Source: a candidate division FCPU426 bacterium (GTDB taxonomy: Bacteria > Oederibacteriota > JAAXVQ01 > JAUVAV01). Taken from it: a stretch of 39,709 nucleotides of DNA. The DNA lies in the NCBI GenBank assembly GCA_030637655.1, contig DAOWGI010000097.1:1-39709 (forward strand). The letters are read 5' to 3'. Position numbers and translations under genes: made by a program. The notes beneath the pieces are model-generated. The model was given only the letters and a program-made list of their open reading frames with translations. It was not told the origin of the DNA and did no database searches. Of this stretch, positions 36,718-39,709 are shown one piece after another (positions within the stretch are counted from its first letter, which is position 1; every line of letters starts with the position of its first letter).

Positions 36718-36746
36718 AGTATAACATAGAAAAAAGCAAAAATCAA
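36718..36746 (-). promoter_or_regulatory. Candidate sigma70 promoter of the giant gene
   Basis: Minus strand reads TTGATT-N17-TATACT with an extended -10 TG, in an AT-rich intergenic region about 90 bp upstream of the ATG. Confidence 0.6.
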
Positions 36747-36784
36747 ATACTGCTGGTCAGATAATCATTTGTTTTAAATAACCA

Positions 36785-36819
36785 ACTAATTGTTGTGTCA
36801 TATTGACACAACAATTAGT
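36785..36819. promoter_or_regulatory. Perfect 16-bp inverted repeat, candidate regulator binding site
   Basis: ACTAATTGTTGTGTCA-tat-TGACACAACAATTAGT, located upstream of the predicted -35. Confidence 0.6.
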
Positions 36820-37003
36820 GCAAATACGATTCCAAATAATCCTTTATTTTTCAATGTTTTTTTATAGAATAATTTTCTCATCTGTTGGTAAGTGTCAGAA
36901 TAGGGAAAAAATAGGCATTTTGAGGGAAAAAACTCATTTCTTTACAAAGAGCTTAAAACAAATTCCAAAAATACTTACATTTTCCGGGCGAACACAGAAT
37001 ATA

Positions 37004-37180
37004 AGGGCGATTACAGGGAATCGCCCCTACGGTTAATTTCGGGCACGCGGTTTTTGCGGGCGCACTCAGTGCGCCCCTACGGTTAATTTCGGGCACGTAG
37101 TTTTTGCGGGCGCACTCAGTGCGCCCCTACGGTTGATTTCAAGCGTGCGATTTTTGCGGGCGCACTCAGTACGCCCTTAC
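37004..37180 (-). repeat. Cluster of four GTAG-type REP hairpins in a 50-bp tandem array
   Basis: GGGCGATT..AATCGCCCCTAC, then three GGGCGCACTCAGTGCGCCCCTAC-type units with a 50-bp period (37022, 37072, 37122, partial 37172). CTAC reads as the GTAG foot on the minus strand. Confidence 0.85.
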
Positions 37181-38823
37181 GATATGTCATGTTCCATTTG
37201 TCTTAATATCCCCGTATCTGCCAATCCCTGTTCTACGATCTCATCGGCACGAGCTTGTGAATTGGCATTGGAATAAATCCTCAACTGAGGCGCATTACCA
37301 GACGGACGAATGTGTGCCACATCACCATTGGAAAATGAAATTCGGATGCCATCTACCACATTAATTTTGCAAATATCCGAAAATCCGAGTTGGGTGGTAA
37401 AATAATTGTTTTCCAGCACTTGTTTTATTTGATATTCACGATGCGCCGGCAAAGGGTTTTGCCAAAACGCTTTTGGATCAATTGTGTCCGGTTGGCGCGG
37501 TGCAGCTTCTAAAGCTTCAATTCTTCCATCTTGGTAAATAACTGAAGGACGCTTGTGCTTAAAATCAATTTCAATCACACCCTCAGCTTCCGGTTTTAAA
37601 GTCTGCACCAGTTTTTGACTGATTTCAACCGGAAAATCATCAATCAATCCGGCTTGCGTAAAGCGATGCGAAAGTTCCTGAAATAATTTACTGACTGACC
37701 CAGCCTGCGCAGCAGCAAGCAAAGCGCATAGAATAGGAAAAACCGCATCCCGGGTGGGCAGGGCTTTTAATACCCGTCCCTGGATCTGCATATCCGAGCC
37801 CAGCATAAACCCTCCGTTCACTTCCCAACCCACGACCGGCAGCTTGTTATCTTTGTTGCCTTCCTGCATGGCTGCAATAACATACGGAGACCCAATGCGA
37901 GTTTGCACTCTTTCTATTTCCGCTTCCTGTAAATAAGCATCAATAGCGTCATTGGCACTGATTGGCACAGCCGCAAAGCGAGCATGAATAAATCGCGCAA
38001 CTACGGCCCCCAGAATATCTCCGCGATAAAATTCTCCTTTCTCACCCACCACAAAAGGACGATCACTATCACCATCCGTGGATACAATGGCAAAAGGCTG
38101 ATGCTTTCGTGCCAGCGCGATAAAATTTGCTTTGGTTTCTTCAGTAATGTTTTCAGTATCCTTGGGTATGAATTTCTCACTGCGTCCAATTGGCACCACG
38201 TCCGCTCCCAAGGCTCCCAAAATCTTCACCAGCAGGTCGCGTCCCACAGCCGAGTGTTGATCCACCACTATTTTTTTCCCTGACAAGGCCTTGGTTGGCC
38301 ATATTTCCAGATAGCGGTCTACATAGCCTTGTTCGGCTTGCGCGTTCATTGGCAACAGTGTACGATCCACCTCAGATCGAAACATATCGTTGTCGGCAAA
38401 AAGCGAGTCAAAATCCTCTTCCCGCGCTTTTGCGACTTGAGCCAAGATACCGGGCTCATCGCTTTTCAGAACTTCGCCATCGGCTTTATTAAATTTGATC
38501 CCATTGCGATCATCCGGAATATGGCTCCCGGTTACCATAATACTGGCCTGTTTGTTTTGGATGGCATGATACATCACAGCAGGCGAGGGGATTTTGCCGC
38601 AGTTTTCCACCTGACAACCGGCATCCAGCACAGCTTTTCCTACTGCTTCCATAATCCGGTCTGTTGAGAAGCGCAAATCCCCGGCAAGGGAAACAGTTGC
38701 GCTTGCCTGAATCCGGCTGCTCTGAAGCAAATAATTGATAAAACCCCTGGTATTGATATAACATTCTTTGTCCGTCATATCCGTGAGCAAACCGCGAAGT
38801 CCGCTTGTTCCGAATTTCAACAT
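37177..38823 (-). CDS. manB: Phosphomannomutase/phosphoglucomutase (alpha-D-phosphohexomutase, ManB-like), 548 aa
   Basis: FGTSGLRG, catalytic TGSHIP..RNGIK, metal loop DGDSDR, sugar-binding GWEVNGG, phosphate-binding RPSGNAP. GGAGG RBS at 38834-38838. Confidence 0.93.
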   Translation of the reverse strand: MLKFGTSGLRGLLTDMTDKECYINTRGFINYLLQSSRIQASATVSLAGDLRFSTDRIMEAVGKAVLDAGCQVENCGKIPSPAVMYHAIQNKQASIMVTGSHIPDDRNGIKFNKADGEVLKSDEPGILAQVAKAREEDFDSLFADNDMFRSEVDRTLLPMNAQAEQGYVDRYLEIWPTKALSGKKIVVDQHSAVGRDLLVKILGALGADVVPIGRSEKFIPKDTENITEETKANFIALARKHQPFAIVSTDGDSDRPFVVGEKGEFYRGDILGAVVARFIHARFAAVPISANDAIDAYLQEAEIERVQTRIGSPYVIAAMQEGNKDNKLPVVGWEVNGGFMLGSDMQIQGRVLKALPTRDAVFPILCALLAAAQAGSVSKLFQELSHRFTQAGLIDDFPVEISQKLVQTLKPEAEGVIEIDFKHKRPSVIYQDGRIEALEAAPRQPDTIDPKAFWQNPLPAHREYQIKQVLENNYFTTQLGFSDICKINVVDGIRISFSNGDVAHIRPSGNAPQLRIYSNANSQARADEIVEQGLADTGILRQMEHDIS

Positions 38824-38841
38824 TGAATATAAACCTCCATA

Positions 38842-38874
38842 TATGATTCCCTGAAAATTTATGGAATCATACCA
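38842..38874 (-). promoter_or_regulatory. Candidate extended -10 promoter of the mutase gene, overlapped by a 9-bp inverted repeat
   Basis: Minus strand TGGTATGAT (38866-38874). Inverted repeat TATGATTCC-N12-GGAATCATA (38842-38871). Confidence 0.35.
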
Positions 38875-38939
38875 TGAAAAACAAAAATCCTGTATGAGGA
38901 AATGGAGCCAACAACTTTTTCTGTCATCCCGGCGATCTG

Positions 38940-39077
38940 GCAGGGGCGATTACATGTAATCGCCCCTTAATCAGGCGGCAATATAAACCGGGACGAAAAC
39001 ATGGTTTCGCCCCTACACAAACCAAGAAATAAAATCCGGCGATTTACCCGTAGGGGCGACCTGCCGGTCGCCCCTAC
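38940..39077. repeat. Cluster of three GTAG-type REP hairpins
   Basis: Perfect 26-bp palindrome AGGGGCGATTACATGTAATCGCCCCT (38942-38967); GGGACGAAA..TTTCGCCCCTAC (38990-39016); double-footed GTAGGGGCGACC-TGCC-GGTCGCCCCTAC (39050-39077). Confidence 0.82.
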
Positions 39078-39125
39078 AAGATCACCTAAAAAATTCGTTC
39101 CAGGGTGACAGATACGGTAAATCGT

Positions 39126-39709
39126 TTATGCAGCCACAGAGGTGCTGTAGAAGAGCCGGCGCCGCTGCATTTCAAACTTGTTCTCATCCACCTTGGCCGG
39201 ACTCTGCTTATGATTCAGAATTCTATACCAGGCGCCCATTCCGCTATTTCCGCCAATTTCCCTTAACACTCCCGGCATATGTATCGGCTTGCCCAAAACC
39301 ACTTCAGGCGCTCCGGATAACCAGCGGCCTATCTTCTTACTGGGCGTTAGCGCCTTCATCTCAGAGAACAGGCTGTCCACAAACACTTCCGACTCTTTAA
39401 ATCGGGTATAGTTATTAATAATATCCGCTGCCAGCATATCATCTTTTACTGTCTGTAATAAGGTCCTGATAAAACGCTGCTCATTTCTGCGGCTGGGTTT
39501 TTCCACAAACGCCCAGTAGGCCTGCATCACTGAGCTCTCCTCATCTGCCATCATCTCTCTGAAGGTTTTACTCTCTATGGGCAACTGCTCTACAATTTTT
39601 TCCAGATAACTTCGCGCGTTCTCCTGCATAGCCATTTGATGCATACGCCGCGTGGGTATTATAGATATAATGTTCAGCAGAAAGCTTCCGGATCCTTTAG
39701 GCGCTGCTC
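39126..39709 (-). CDS. 3' end of a hypothetical protein (start lies beyond the right edge), ending ...MQRRRLFYSTSVAA
   Basis: The frame of the 172-aa track ORF stays open to the window edge (AAPKGSGSFLLNIISIIPTRR-MHQ...), so the Met at 39644 is probably internal. Confidence 0.75.
   Translation of the reverse strand, partial: AAPKGSGSFLLNIISIIPTRRMHQMAMQENARSYLEKIVEQLPIESKTFREMMADEESSVMQAYWAFVEKPSRRNEQRFIRTLLQTVKDDMLAADIINNYTRFKESEVFVDSLFSEMKALTPSKKIGRWLSGAPEVVLGKPIHMPGVLREIGGNSGMGAWYRILNHKQSPAKVDENKFEMQRRRLFYSTSVAA

Noticed and set aside
279-36718. About 90 short plus-strand and off-frame minus-strand ORFs in the supplied track
   Set aside because: They overlap the giant minus-strand frame and have no recognisable motifs. 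Many are exactly antiparallel in codon register, as expected for shadow ORFs.
36785-36819. Intrinsic terminator
   Set aside because: The stem is AT-rich, there is no adjacent U-tract on either strand, and it is about 360 bp from the upstream stop codon.
36803-37036. 77-aa plus-strand ORF in the intergenic region
   Set aside because: It has a TTG start inside the palindrome, no RBS, an AT-rich low-information sequence, and ends within a REP.
37004-37180. Possible CRISPR array (palindromic repeats with regular spacing)
   Set aside because: The spacers are near-identical copies of each other, the repeats carry a GTAG REP foot, and there are no cas genes in the window.
37754-39400. Short ORFs overlapping the mutase and the right-edge gene
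   Set aside because: They are antisense or off-frame shadows of better-supported coding sequences.

Overview
Most of the window (36630 to <1, minus strand) is one reading frame of at least 12,210 codons that runs off the left edge. The ORF track missed it, apparently because its stop codon lies outside the window. My manual translation gives a signal peptide and a TraB/Tiki/ChaN-like N-terminal domain. These are followed by a mosaic of LysM, a probable outer-membrane beta-barrel, a split GT2 glycosyltransferase, a sugar isomerase-type TIM barrel, a pseudokinase-like fold, a GT4-like GT-B domain, a catalytically altered GH5-like barrel, zincin-like HE motifs and many transmembrane bundles. This resembles the giant modular envelope proteins known from Omnitrophota and related candidate phyla (taxonomy is inference). 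Upstream lie a sigma70-like promoter, a perfect 16-bp inverted repeat, a phosphomannomutase gene flanked by GTAG-type REP clusters, and the 3' end of another minus-strand gene ending in ...STSVAA. Nearly all other ORFs in the track are antisense or out-of-frame shadows. All domain calls come from motif recognition by eye, not database searches.
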